DNA of 64,000 nt from Owenia fusiformis. Lineage: Eukaryota. Of this stretch, positions 13,201 to 25,600 are shown in pieces. The stretch is taken from contig CAIIXF020000001.1 in the NCBI GenBank assembly GCA_903813345.2, positions 21,266,001-21,330,000 of the forward strand. Direction: 5' to 3'. Below the pieces are notes generated by a model that was given only the letters and a program-made list of their open reading frames with translations, made no database searches and was not told the origin of the DNA. Every line of letters begins with the position of its first letter. Within the stretch, counting starts at the first letter, position 1. The position numbers and the translations under genes were made by a program.

Positions 13201-14726
13201 TTTTCAATTTGTTTTGTAACAATATGTTGCATTTTGACACACAGTTAACCACTTTAAAGGTATAAGTGATTCCTTCAGGGGTTTTAAAGATATCCATTAT
13301 GGGTGACCAAAATTAGCTGAAAGCAATGGATCGCATGAGTTTTCCCTATGGGAAAATAATATGGGAAATATTGTTTTCCACTTTATCTAAAAGGAATCAC
13401 TTATTCCTTAACTGTGTGTCAAAACACAACATATTGATGCAAGAAAAATTAAAAAGCAGGGATGGAAGGGGTTGATAATCAGGGAAACATTTCAGAAAAA
13501 AACATTTGGATAGGTTGTTTGCATCTGCCCTGTCTCAAAGTCAAAATTATTTTATATCTAGGAGTGCTTTTCTTGGAGGTAATGCATTGGCCTGACATAT
13601 GCACTTGTTTAAATCCTCAGAAAATGGCCAAAATCCAACATGTGACTGTCCAAAATCTGTTGCGCTAATTTCCCTCCCCCTTTCACAATCCACCAGTGAA
13701 TTTTATTTTGTACTGATGTTTTATAATCCTTGCACATTATCTCACAATCTTTTAGAATTGATGTTGATATTTTTCAAACATATCTAAAATAAATCATGGA
13801 ACTTTGGTGTAGTGTCTCTTTTAGGGGCTGGATCTGGCTCGGGATCTGTGCCTCTTTTCCCAGAATTCATAGCCCTTGGACTAATATTTTCATTGTTCTA
13901 TTTCAAGGTACATTATCTATGGCAAACTCTGGACCAAATACAAATGGATCTCAGTTCTTTATATGTACAGAAGCCACTGAATGGTAGGTTGATAAAGTTC
14001 ATTGAGATATTATAAATCTACATGTAAATCTGTTTTATGTCACCACCAAGAGAACTAAATCATTTCCTCACCTAAAATAGCGAAAAACTATTTTTTTAAA
14101 TTCCCATTTTACACTAAAAAATCTAAAACATCCATTTAGTTATAGTTAACTAAATTGATTATGTAGAACATATTGCTTTAGCTTTTGGGACAACTTAATA
14201 AAGGGGCACATCTTCCCCATAATGTATGCCATTATATGTTCCATCATTTTTTCCAGGCTAGACAATAAACATGTAGTGTTTGGGAGAGTTATAGATGGCA
14301 TGGATGTAGTACGAAAAATGGAGGTATGTCTAGCTGTTCAATCATTCTGTCATTACATCATGGCATCAGTTTTAATTTGAAATGAATTTGCATGACTTCT
14401 CACCTTATTACCTTATATACATGTATGTTTGAATGTGTGTTACTGTGCTAGTAGAATATGAATACATATATTTCTATGGTCCAATGTTAAGGCTTTCACA
14501 AATTGTGCATCCAGCCAAATGCCTTGACTTTGTTTGCAACAATAATGTTGTCTTTTAGTATCCTGTGACAATAAAAAGTAAGAAGTGAATGCTAGTACAA
14601 TATTTTCAAGTATAAATGTCATAATTTAACTTCACTTTAATTCCTTTATGCTTTCAGAATTTAGGAAGTAAATCAGGAAAACCAGTACAGAAGTGTATGA
14701 TAGCAGACTGTGGGGAGTATGTGTGA
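7234..14726 (+). CDS. PPIE: Peptidyl-prolyl cis-trans isomerase E (cyclophilin 33), 3' part; RRM exons not found in window
   Basis: Exons 7234-7349, 11602-11728, 12173-12252, 12566-12671, 13908-13983, 14257-14323, 14658-14726 splice in frame: VWSEDTWLK linker, [10 protein letters not shown]...[47 protein letters not shown]...[14 protein letters not shown]...IADCGEYV* (PPIE-type C-terminus). Confidence 0.93.
7558..10464. mobile_element. Non-autonomous Academ-like foldback DNA transposon
   Basis: TAG...CTA termini, 3-bp TSD TCC, ~150 bp imperfect TIRs, arms of ~120-bp subrepeats (CAAGATGGC/AAAATGG) oppositely oriented in the two halves. Confidence 0.7.
10659..11037. mobile_element. MITE with ~95 bp inverted arms
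   Basis: TACTAACTTCTACCGTTAATTTGAATTTTTGACCTACCAGATG... mirrored at right end. Confidence 0.75.
12253..12565 (+). other. U12-type (minor spliceosome) GT-AG intron in PPIE
   Basis: 5' site GTATCCTTT; branch site TTCTCTTAAC ~11 nt before CAG; no long polypyrimidine tract. Confidence 0.85.
12719..12863. mobile_element. Short PIF/Harbinger-like MITE, related to 46650-47547
   Basis: TGTCTTGGTCACATTTGCTCCGAT / ATCGGAGCAAATGTGACTCAGGCA inverted ends with TAA/TTA flanks. Confidence 0.55.
12970..13682. mobile_element. Palindromic MITE family A (Kolobok-like), copy 1
   Basis: ~300 bp inverted arms starting AAAGGAGGAGGGAAA after TTAA; near-identical copy at 18137-18853 and deleted copy at 61879-62089. 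Confidence 0.85.
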
Positions 14727-14778
14727 TGACAATATGAGAACATTTGAAAATATAACTATCTGGAGTTATATACAAGCA

Positions 14779-14959
14779 CAGTAAAACCTGTCTCAGTGAA
14801 CATCTCTCTAGTGAACACCTCTCTCTAGTGATTCACTCCTGTCTCAAGTGGACACCCTTTCTCCTCACATACTCAACTGACCTCTCTTTAGTGAACACCT
14901 ACCTACAGTGAACATGTTTGTGTGGCTCCTTAGGGGTTCACTGTACACAGGTTTTACTG
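14779..14959. mobile_element. pogo/Tigger-like MITE just downstream of the PPIE stop
   Basis: CAGTAAAACCTGT...ACAGGTTTTACTG-TA; internal AGTGAACA subrepeats; half-copy at ~50936. Confidence 0.7.
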
Positions 14960-15487
14960 TAACAGAAGTATTTTGTACTCAATATGGACAAATAATGCAC
15001 CATTCAATGGTTTACATGAGACCTCTCATCGTGCGGAAAGGAATGGTGATTTTGATGAAATAAAAAAATTGGTTCGTCAAAACCCCTGGAAAAACCTAAT
15101 GAGTCAATATCTCCACCCTAGGAACAAAACTAGGGAGTTTAATCTTACAATTTTTTTCACAACCTAAATGTGAGTGGAAAATATTTAAGCGGTGCATTTG
15201 TATGGGCAATTAGTCATACATATAGGTTGACGTTTTGATTTTACATGCAAGCTTAAACTCTCTAATAGCTGGTCAAACACTGTCAAGATTCCACCCCCTT
15301 GAAGAGTGTTTGTGTCAAATTCCTGATCCTCCCTGTGTGGGGCATCTTGCAAACCTATTGGCGGTGCTGAGCTTGCGCTATAGAGGTCAATAATGTAAGA
15401 TAAAACTTGTCTTTTAAGACTTCATTGTCTTAAGTATGCCTTGAGAAAAATGTTAATGACTTTTGAGTGAACACATTTCCATGAATA

Positions 15488-15976
15488 CTGTAAAACGGGT
15501 ATTGTTAGCGAGGGGTAATTGTTAGCGATTGTTAGCGATCGCTATAGTTTCGCTAAAAATTCAATACGCTAAAATAAACCGGGGTTAAAATAAACCGGGC
15601 GCTAAAATTTGCAAATTCCCGGGAAACTACATGAATACTAGTATTTAAGGAACTTTTCGTTCAGTGCTCGACTTCCGGTTTGTAATTTGGACCGAAAAAT
15701 CAACAATTTTAAATGCTACCGTGATTTTGTGATTAGTCAGATGAGATTACAGTAGTTTGGACCACTACCATGTGCGTTAGAAGTGTTACATTTTGATAAT
15801 TCCTCTGTCATGTCCGTCATTCATTCTTCTGCCATAAATGATAAAATTTCTAATGCAGTTCGCTAATTTGATTTTTTAAAGATTGATCTTCATTTCGCTA
15901 AAATATCCCGCGCTAAAACCCCCTAAAATTGAAAAATCGCTAAAATTTCCCGGTGTCAAAATTACCTGTTTTACAG
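15488..15976. mobile_element. TA-flanked MITE
   Basis: TA-CTGTAAAACGGGTA...TACCTGTTTTACAG-TA with TTAGCG/CGCTAA subterminal repeats. Confidence 0.75.
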
Positions 15977-18136
15977 TATGTGGTACATTTCTCTTCATAA
16001 TTTTTATGACAATAGAAAGATATTTAGCCTCTTCAATTCCAATTCCATTCATTTATTCTAGTTTTACTAGAAAGGATGACAACAAAGGGAGTTTGCAAGT
16101 TCAATTTTGGTTTGCTTTACTAATTTGTTGAAGGGGAGTAGCTCATGTAAAAAAAATTCACTTTCAACTTAAAGTTTGCACTTATATACACATACATGTA
16201 CTATTCTATTCAAACCAAGTGAGTTGTATTAGCAACGTTTGAACTGCTCTCCTATCCATCCATGATATGAATTATAACAGAAAATGGATATTCTCAATTA
16301 ACACTTTTATTTCACAAGACAAACATTAGTATGTTATACAGTGTTGTAACAATTGTCATATCATTGTGCGTAAATATGGCTATAATAATACAATTGTGTA
16401 CATTTTGTTATTTGATATAAGTACAATATCAAGTTGTTTCTGATTATGAGTTTGTTAGCATATCAATAATAATTTCATATAAAATCGACAGATATTTTCT
16501 GTTTAGTTTTATCGGAGTTATAAACGTCCAAGAGATCTTTACATACATTTGGCAAACTTGCATATATACCATAATACCATTTGTAAATACAATTTTTCAT
16601 TATGTTCATAAAAAAAGAATTCAATATCACTGGGGAGTGTTACATTTTGTATGATACCTACAAAAGTCCTCAAAAATATACAAATACTGTACAAAATCAT
16701 AACAGATCATTTAATTTGTAAATGGCTTACAAACTTCAGTGCCGATAAATTGCTTCATGCATAGCTCATTTCACAACGCTAGTGTTCATAAAATACAAAT
16801 TCGAAAACTGCAGAAAAATGAATTATTGCTAAAATATATAATACTGAGATCTATATAAAAACAATATGAAGACAGTATTTAGTAGCATATATTTTCATAT
16901 CTTGTAGAGATTCATCTGCAACTTCAGTTAATAAATAATAAACAACATTGCAGTTGAAAATTGCATATTACAATGAATGTAGCATATGTCCATAACACAA
17001 TGACACCTGTTCTCATACAGTATCAAATTAGCAAAATAATTGTGCCAATGTCCACTGCCAATATGATAAATAGATGATGTCAAAAGAATGCTTACAATAT
17101 GTAATAATAACAATAATGATGATGTTAATAATAATATAATTCATATCTAATAACTTCAATTTTTTGGCAATGCTTGCTAATTCATGTATTACAGATTATA
17201 TCGTTTCTTTTTGCAAGAGTCATTATTTCTATACAAAAATTTCAAGGGTTTCTGTAACTGCTCAGCCTGACCCAACATATTTCATATTTGTGTCAACAAA
17301 CAACTGTTTTCACCATAAATCTGTAATATCACAGAAGAATGTAAACAACTTTAGGGCAGACCATTGGAACTTGCCTCATTTTGATTAGACACAACCCTTA
17401 TACAACCAATTGTAGTTATTAAAAACAATTTATCTCTTAAATCCTTCCAAACATTTGATTTTAGTAGATGAGAATGATAATTATATTTAAACTTGGCAAG
17501 ATACCCCAATGGTACTGACTCAATGACATAACAATAAATTGACGAAAATCAATAATTGCATTCACATTAAAAATGAGCAGAATGAGCCTATTCACTTGAG
17601 TCTTCAATCTCCAAGCACTTCAGTTCAGTACTTTGATAACATTTGGAGAATGAAGTTCTGTTCACGTTAATAATGCATAGACCTAAATTAATATCTTTGG
17701 CACACTGACTGCTAATGTTTAAGAATAACAATTATCAGTTCAACTCAAAGTTCGATCAACAGCTGATTCCTTACAAAATATTTTATTCTGAATACCTGAA
17801 TTTTTTTCTCATAGTGGTTCGAATTAATTGTTTTAACAAAGATATACTATTTTGCCTAAGACAATCTTTATATAATATTGCATGATGTGGTCAGATACAG
17901 ATAAATATTCAGTTGTTCAAATAAGATACTGTGCGTTCGAATGCTGACTGCCTACGTACCCTAATCGTCTATTCTTTATACATGACACAGTGTAAATCAT
18001 ACAGTACATATTAAAAACTCATAACTTCTATGTAAACACAGTCTATTAGCAGAAAATTATCAATAATTATCGGTTATTATTTTGAGATTGCCTTTGTCAC
18101 AATTATTATGTTATCATTTGTATGGAGAAATCACTT

Positions 18137-18853
18137 AAAGGAGGAGGGAAATTAGCGCAACAGATTTTGGACAGTCATATGTTGGATTTTGGCCATTTTC
18201 TGAGGATTTAAACAATTGCATATGTTAGGCCAATGCATTACCTCCAGGAAAATCACTTCTAGAGATGGTAAAATAATTTCAACTTTGAGACAGGGTAGAT
18301 GCAAACAACCCACCCACATGCTTTTTTTTAAATGTTTTCCTAATTTTCGACTCCTTCCATCCCTGCTTTTTTTATTTTTCTTGCATCAATATGTTGCATT
18401 TTGACACATAGTTAACCACTTTAAAGGAAAAAGTGATTCCTTCAGGGGTTTTAAAGATATCCATTATGGGTGACCAAACTTAGCTGAAAGCAATGATTTT
18501 TCCTATGGGAAAATAACATGGGAAATATTGTTTTCCACTTTGTCTAAAAGGAATCATTTATTCCTTTTAAGGGATTAACTGTGTGTCAAAACGCAACATA
18601 TTGATGCAAGAAAAATAAAAAAAACAGGGATGGAAGGGGTTGAAAATTAGGAAAACATTTCAGAAAAAACATGTGGGTGGGTTGTTTGCATCTACCCTGT
18701 CTCAAAGTCAAAATTATTTTATCATCTCTCGAAGTGATTTTCCCAGAGGTAATGCATTCCCATAACATATGCACCTGTTTAAATCCCCAGGAAATGGCCA
18801 AAATCAAACATATGACTGTCCAAAATCTGTTGCGCTAACTTCCCTCCTCCTTT
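18137..18853. mobile_element. Palindromic MITE family A, copy 2
   Basis: Same long inverted arms as 12970-13682. Confidence 0.85.
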
Positions 18854-19388
18854 ATGCAAGTAGATTCGGTTGTAATTTTATCCAAAGCTATCGAGAGATG
18901 GTCTAAACAATTGCCAATTCTGATTTAGAATAGCCAATTCTGACCTAAAAAGCTTTTACACATGTCATAAATTGGATCCATATTATTTAGGGGAAATTGG
19001 GAGGGGAGCTCCCCTTAAGCTCTTGGAGCACCATTTCTTTACTGCCTGAAGACTGGATAAATGCAAATTATTAAATAGTACAATGGCTTGGTCCATCTAC
19101 TGATCAAAGCAAAAATCTCAACAGCAATTGTTAGGGCAATTTTGTTCATTTCAACATTAAACAAAGCATGTAAAACAACACTTATAATTATATACATTTA
19201 TTTTAGTCAGACTTGCATTAAGCCTCTGCCACCTTTAATATCTATTTCAGTAAAGTGTAAGAGAATTGTTGGTGCAACACAGGAGCTTAATGCAAGGTGG
19301 ACTACTTTGTGACAATTCTTTTTCACTCCTCATACAGCTAAGACTACATGCACATTTTGGAATTCAGATTTCATACTTCATTTTTTAT

Positions 19389-20840
19389 CTAATAGACATA
19401 AGGAAGAATTTTGTATGGTACCTTTTGGCGATATTGTTCCCAGTATTGCTTATACTTGTTATGACACTTTGTGTCATCCCGAAATGATCTGTGAGAAAGA
19501 AGAATCAAGAGCCAAATAAAATAGACATAAGGCATGACATTCTCAAATAAACCTGGGACACTCCATGCAAAGGCAAGCAACCACTCAGCATTGTAATGGA
19601 AATGACGTGATATACCCCAGAATCCACTCGCGAGTAAAATACTCTCTTTGACGTCCCCATTTTCAATGCGATATTTAGCTCTGATGATGTCAGGTTTTTT
19701 GCCCCATATAAGACAATTTCCATTAGAGTTACGAACTTGTTGCTTTTGCATATCAGCCCAGAAGTTGACAATCGTACTCAAGATTCCCACAGTGAGAAGC
19801 AATGCGGTTAAACCGACACCAAGCTGAACTGGGTGGTTTACCATATAGAGACTTACCGATCCATATAAACCAGCGATATAAACAAGACATCCCCAGCAAA
19901 TATAGAACCCTGCCCGATCCATCATTATATCAATGGTACCCATGTAACCTGCCTCCCACCAGAAGAACTTAGTGAAATAAAACATCTGGAGGAATGTACA
20001 GACAAACATACTGTCTACAAATCCATGGAGTTCATAGCTCTTCAGGGCAAAGATACAGACCAATAATGGCCAAACAGTCATTCCAAATCTGCAGTTGGTG
20101 AATACTTTCACATCGACTCCAAATATTCTTGGGTAGAGCTCAGTTCCCCAGTAGTAATCAAACAGTGGATTCCCAGTCGTACTGTTATCCTCTGTTGAAG
20201 GCATGTATTTTCCTTTGAAGTACAAAACCAAGCAGATTAGGAGACTAAAAATGTTCAAAGCCCCTAGAATCTCACCGAAGCGATCATAGACAATTGTAGG
20301 CGACATTCCATGTTGTTTCAGATAGTAGGTCAATCCAGCGAATGTTACCATGGTGATGACATAGCAACTGAATCCATTGTCCTTATAGACGGGTACATTT
20401 CCTTTAGGGGTTACAGGCCCTTCCGCCCTGGGCCCAGGTACCATGATTTGTAGAAGTAAAGCAAAGAGCGCATAGCCGTATATCAAGCACAGAGTGAATG
20501 GGTTGATAATGCTTATCGAGCTCCAAATACTAACTAAAGTTGTCACGACACCATCCTTGACGAAATGATCGTTGTACAGCTTCATGAAACTGCCATCACA
20601 TTTTGTGCAAGTGAACCACAAAAGGATGATAAAATTTGGGGAACAGGTGATCAAAAATAATGGCGTCACAATCTGATAGAGAACATACTCTGGCCAAGAC
20701 AGAATATGAGTTGTTGGCTCAGCAATGATTGTATTCTTAGCTACGCCATTGGTACATGTAGCTCCGGAGTCACCATTCCCATTTGCAACCTTTGCCGATT
20801 TATCATCACTGCTACCGACAGATCTGCTTCTTAACTGCAT
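19389..20840 (-). CDS. DHCR7: 7-dehydrocholesterol (sterol delta-7) reductase, ERG4/ERG24 family, DWF5-like; intronless CDS
   Basis: Multi-TM ORF with DYYWGTELYPRI, KVFTNCRFGM, KFFWWEAGY, DRAGFYICWGCLV, LLASGFWGISRH, HRSFRDDTKC..KY..YW..Y...VPYKILP; first ATG after acceptor at 20872 is 20840; probable non-coding exon 1 ending at donor 22367. Confidence 0.92.
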   Translation of the reverse strand: MQLRSRSVGSSDDKSAKVANGNGDSGATCTNGVAKNTIIAEPTTHILSWPEYVLYQIVTPLFLITCSPNFIILLWFTCTKCDGSFMKLYNDHFVKDGVVTTLVSIWSSISIINPFTLCLIYGYALFALLLQIMVPGPRAEGPVTPKGNVPVYKDNGFSCYVITMVTFAGLTYYLKQHGMSPTIVYDRFGEILGALNIFSLLICLVLYFKGKYMPSTEDNSTTGNPLFDYYWGTELYPRIFGVDVKVFTNCRFGMTVWPLLVCIFALKSYELHGFVDSMFVCTFLQMFYFTKFFWWEAGYMGTIDIMMDRAGFYICWGCLVYIAGLYGSVSLYMVNHPVQLGVGLTALLLTVGILSTIVNFWADMQKQQVRNSNGNCLIWGKKPDIIRAKYRIENGDVKESILLASGFWGISRHFHYNAEWLLAFAWSVPGLFENVMPYVYFIWLLILLSHRSFRDDTKCHNKYKQYWEQYRQKVPYKILPYVY

Positions 20841-21236
20841 TATCAGTTGTTGGACTTGGACAGCAACCAACCTGTAACAATAATAAACTTGAGTAAAATG
20901 TAAAATTGCAAAGGGCAATTCTGAGGACCCTGGAGAGGTATATTGAAGGGACTAATCTGAATTCTAATCTGAAGATAGGGAATCAGTTCCAAACATGAAA
21001 TATAGATACCCTATAGTAGACAAGAAAATTTAACAACTTTTATAAAAAGAATCAGGGCATTAACATGCACAAGGTCACGCATTACATGCACAAGGTCACC
21101 ACCTACCATTTGTTATGGATGAAAACACATGTAAATAATATCAAGTGTAACATTACAAACTGTACAAATACATGTACAAGCATAACTGAAATGAGGTAAC
21201 TTAAATCTGGTTTCTTTTGTAGGCTAACACCACTCT

Positions 21237-21533
21237 AAATGTCCTCTCAAAGTCAAAATAGTTGTGGCTGTCTCAAATTGCAGAGGTACATGTACAGTTT
21301 ACACTTCAATTTTTAAATCAGCCAGTATTTCAAATTGTTCGCCATCAACTTCGAAAATTACTTCTGAGTGCTTATGAGCATTACCAAAATCAAAATGTGA
21401 TTACTTCACTTGGTAATGCTCCAACCCAAAGGTAATTTCCAAAGTTGATGATGGACATTTTGAAATACTCCACTTGAACTGTGCCCCTCTGCAATATGAG
21501 ACGGCAGCAACTTTTTGACTTTGAGAGAACATT
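21237..21533. mobile_element. Palindromic MITE in DHCR7 5'UTR intron
   Basis: CTCTCAAAGTCAAAATAGTTG...TTGCAGAGG mirrored by CCTCTGCAA...CAACTTTTTGACTTTGAGAG. Confidence 0.65.
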
Positions 21534-22366
21534 TCCTGTTTAGAATCGATTGGGGTAAGAAATAAGTCTGTCAATCTTTTTCGACTTCAAAATAGTCGTT
21601 CTATTGTAGGCACGCAAAACCTGGGGCCATGAATTGGTACGTTCCGCAATCTGATCTGGATAAATTTCCTCGTGGATGATGCATTGACGAACTAATCTTG
21701 GAATTTAATATATGCATAAAGGTATGGTTCATATAATTATGCCGTAAAAACTGTGCGTGTGTCACCATAATTTACAAATATTGAATACCAGGGCAGCTGT
21801 AACAATCACTCAAAGCCGGAATACAAAACTGAAAGAGGTAGACAATGTGGGGAAGGAGTGATTCCTATTTGAAAAATAACATGTACATGTATTGAGGAAT
21901 GCAGCAAAGTTCCGAACATGCAGAAGTAAGCCATCCTCCCAACATAGGCCTTCAGAACTCGTCCCGAAGGAATGTGGTGAATGATGTCTGGCACGCTGCG
22001 TTCGGAGGATAAGTTAAGCTGCTAAGACTAAGCTTACAAGCCGTGCAGTCAGCACCATCTATTGATAGTGCTCACTGTCTTTAGGCTAGTGGCGAATAAG
22101 CATATAACAGAAGCCTACCCCCCCCCCTTATGTTATCTATAGATAGGTTACACCAAGGGAGTGCAGGGGATTGTTATATTTAAGTAATAGGTAAACCCCC
22201 TGATATCCATTCTCGTATCTGACCTAATGTTCTGAATGCACCTTCAGCTTCAAGAGTCCCGCAAGTCCACTGAAGATTTTTTTTACATAATCTGAAAACA
22301 TTGATAACAAATACACACCAATAGTAAATTGATTCTTTGTAAAATCGAATATATATAGAAACTCAC

Positions 22367-22632
22367 CGACCTTTTGAAAATTTCTGCACTTTATGAAAAC
22401 AGTCCACTGCACCAGACCCGAAATAAAATGGAGACAATCTGCAACAAATGACAACCGGCGCGGGGCAATGGCCAGATGCTCGATTACGTCACTTCCGCTA
22501 AAGAAAATGCGTAATCTGGCAGTTCTTTCAAAAACATTTTAACGAACTCCCGTGCAGTTCGACATTTTAAATGTACTCGCATCACAATTCTACTTTATAG
22601 AGAGAGTCTATGAAGACAAACCCCACACAACG
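22367..22632. promoter_or_regulatory. Putative bidirectional promoter DHCR7/PEX3
   Basis: CpG-richer island between minus-strand donor TCG|GTGAGT (22367) and PEX3 ATG (22633); overlapping CRE-like TACGTCA and ETS ACTTCCG at 22485-22497. Confidence 0.6.
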
Positions 22633-25600
22633 ATGCTCAGTAGCATCTGGGGATTCGTAAAGCGCCACAGACGCAAATTTTTGTTCACCGGGGCCGTTGT
22701 AGGAGGTAGACTAATTATTTAGATGAATTTGTAAATCTTTGCTCCCAAGCCAAACTCAATTCGAAAGTTTACTGGATTTACTGATGAATGGTGTTGAACA
22801 CCCCCAGTAAGCAATAATAGAAACGCCTCCACTGTCTACCCTTTGCATTCGTTTGACTTCACTTCTTAAAAGAGAGCTTCGTCTTCACTCTTTCAAACTA
22901 AAATAAACCTGTGAACTCACCGCGCCAATCAGTGTTCGTCGGCCAAATTTGACCGACGTTATATATATGGTCATTCCTTCTGACGTCATCGTTGAGCCCG
23001 GAATTGACCAATGACATGCTCATATTTAATTAGAATGTATTTGGCGTGTGTTTCTTCAAGCTCGGTGAATGGTGGAAGAAAGGTCAGCGCATAGGTCAGA
23101 AGTGATTTATTACTCAAACTGTCACCGGTACCCGTAATATGGTCTCTACTAGGCAGAGTGTAGTTTAACTAGACTCTGCACGCAGGGTACCACTGTCTCA
23201 TTTTCAATTGACTATCACTTCGTGTTGAGCTAAATAAATGAAGTTCTACAGGTGGGATTGGCTAATCTAATGTGCTGTCGCGATGAATCGATACATTGCG
23301 ATCTTCTAACCTCATCAGTGTCAAGATTTAGGGACAATAAAAAGGCATTTTAAAGAAACGTTTCTGGTTTTTCGACTGAACCAATGACCCCAATTTTTAC
23401 TTTGTTTTCGCACACTGTTATGGGCCAGATGGGGATTGAATATTGAACAATGTCAAGCCCGTGTAAAGCATAATGAAACAAGCAAGATACAGAAATAACA
23501 TGTAGTTAGGTCTAATATGGAATCAAACCTAAGACTCTCTCAGTCCACTCAGTCTCAGTTCCAACATCTGATGCGATATTGAGCTGCCAAAGTTTAAGCT
23601 ATGATGTCTGCACTTTAGTATCAATTTTTGTGCTATTAGGTGATTTGCTTTTTGGGGTTTGTTTTGAGACAAAAATCTCAACCCCAATAAATATTTATAC
23701 AATTTATCTTCATTTTCAGGTGTTGTTCTCCTTGGAAAATATGCAAGGTCAAAGATCCAGCAACTTCAAGAGAAAGAGGCAGCAGACTGCCTAGCACATG
23801 CAAGGTATGATATGGGAGAAAGGTAACAATAGTTTTGCATAGCACATGCAAGGTATGATATGGGGGAAGGTAACAATACTTTTGCATAGCTCATGCAAGG
23901 TATGATATGGGGATAGGTAACAATACTTTTGCATAGCTCATGCAAGATATGCTATGGGGGAAAGGTAACAATACTTTTGCATAGCTCATGCAAGGTATGA
24001 TATGGGGGAAAGGTAACAATACTTTTCCATAGTTCATGCAAGGTATGATATGGGGGAAAGGTAACAATACTTTTGCATAGTTCATGCAAGGTATGATATG
24101 GGGGAAAGGTAACAATACTTTTGCATGTACATGTAGCTCATGCAAGGTATGATATGGGAGAAAGGTAACAATACTTTTGCATAGCTCATGCAAGGTATGA
24201 TATGGGGGAAGGTAACAATACTTTTGCATACCTCATGCAAGGTATGATATGGGGGAAAGGTAACAATACTTTTGCATGTACATGTAGCTCATGCAAGGTA
24301 TGATATGGGGGAAAGGTAACAATACTTTTGCATACCTCATGCAAGGTATGATATGGGGGAAAGGTAACAATACTTTTGCATACTTCATGCAAGGTATGAT
24401 ATGGGGGAAAGGTAACAATACTTTTGCATACCTCATGCAAGGTATGATATGGGGGAAAGGTAACAATACTTTGCATAGCTCATGCAAGGTATGATATGGG
24501 GGGAAGTTAGTCTGAGAGCAATGTTTGCATTTTATCTAATGCAACAGGGAGTCACAAAACAAGCCTTTTTCTCACCTGCCATATGCATCTCTAAGCCCAT
24601 TAGTATTAGGAAAATGAAACATCTATTTTTTATAATTTATTTTTACAGGCGTCAGCATCATTTTGACAGTAATCAAAGGACATGCAATATGACAGTGTTG
24701 TCCATGATGCCTAACCTAAGGGAGACCTTAATGAAAGCTCTCGACTCTGAGCATCTCACTGAACAGTTGAAAGCAAGGTTAGTTTATCAACTTCTACCTG
24801 GGGTGGAGTTAACAAAACGAAAGATGTATAGTTTGATATTCGGTTTGATTGATTGGAGTACAAGAATGTAGATTATTATTTTAATGAAGTCTGAGAACTG
24901 TTCTGTCTGTTGCCTGTATACATTACAAGGAAGATAAATGTGTATTTAGTTTTGTATATATACATATATGTTTTGTAGGCCAGCAAATAAGCTTGAAATA
25001 TGGGAGGACTTAAAGATTACAAGTAAGATTTTAGTGTTCAATCATTTGAACCATGTGAATATAGAATCATTATCACACTGATTTCCCAACTGATTTTCTC
25101 CTAATGATGGTCAAATTAACCATGGAAATGACATAACTATGTTTAACTTATGTTGTTGTAAGAATAAAATTGCTTTTACAATACTACAGTTAAAATTAAA
25201 GTAGGCAGTTGAAACACTTAAGTTCTGTTAAAATTCAATAAGAGTGAATATGAAGTCACTGGGTTCATGTGAAGTGTTGCCCTTATGCATGTTATGGAGG
25301 TGTTGACTTGACAGGTTTTAAACTCTATATTGTTTTAGGCTTTTCACGAACCCTGGTCTCTATGTACAGTGTATGTATGGTTGTGGTCTACCTTAGGGTA
25401 CAGTTAAACATCATAGGTGGATACATGTACTTAGACAACCTGCTGAACAGAAATGGCACAGTAAGTTAATATTTTTAGACATGAAATTTGCATCTCTGCT
25501 ATTGCATTGCAATTCTGCAAAATCCTATATCTTAAAAGTTAGTCTGATGATTGAATAGATTGATTTAAATAACTGGATTAACTGTGTTTAGGGATGAGGT

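Noticed and set aside
20841-20918. N-terminal extension of the DHCR7 ORF as given in the ORF track
   Set aside because: Starts at a non-ATG codon and crosses a splice acceptor at 20872
23792-24503. CRISPR-like array and repetitive ORFs (23678-24494)
   Set aside because: Head-to-tail repeats with no unique spacers, eukaryotic intron, no cas genes; the ORFs are repeat translations
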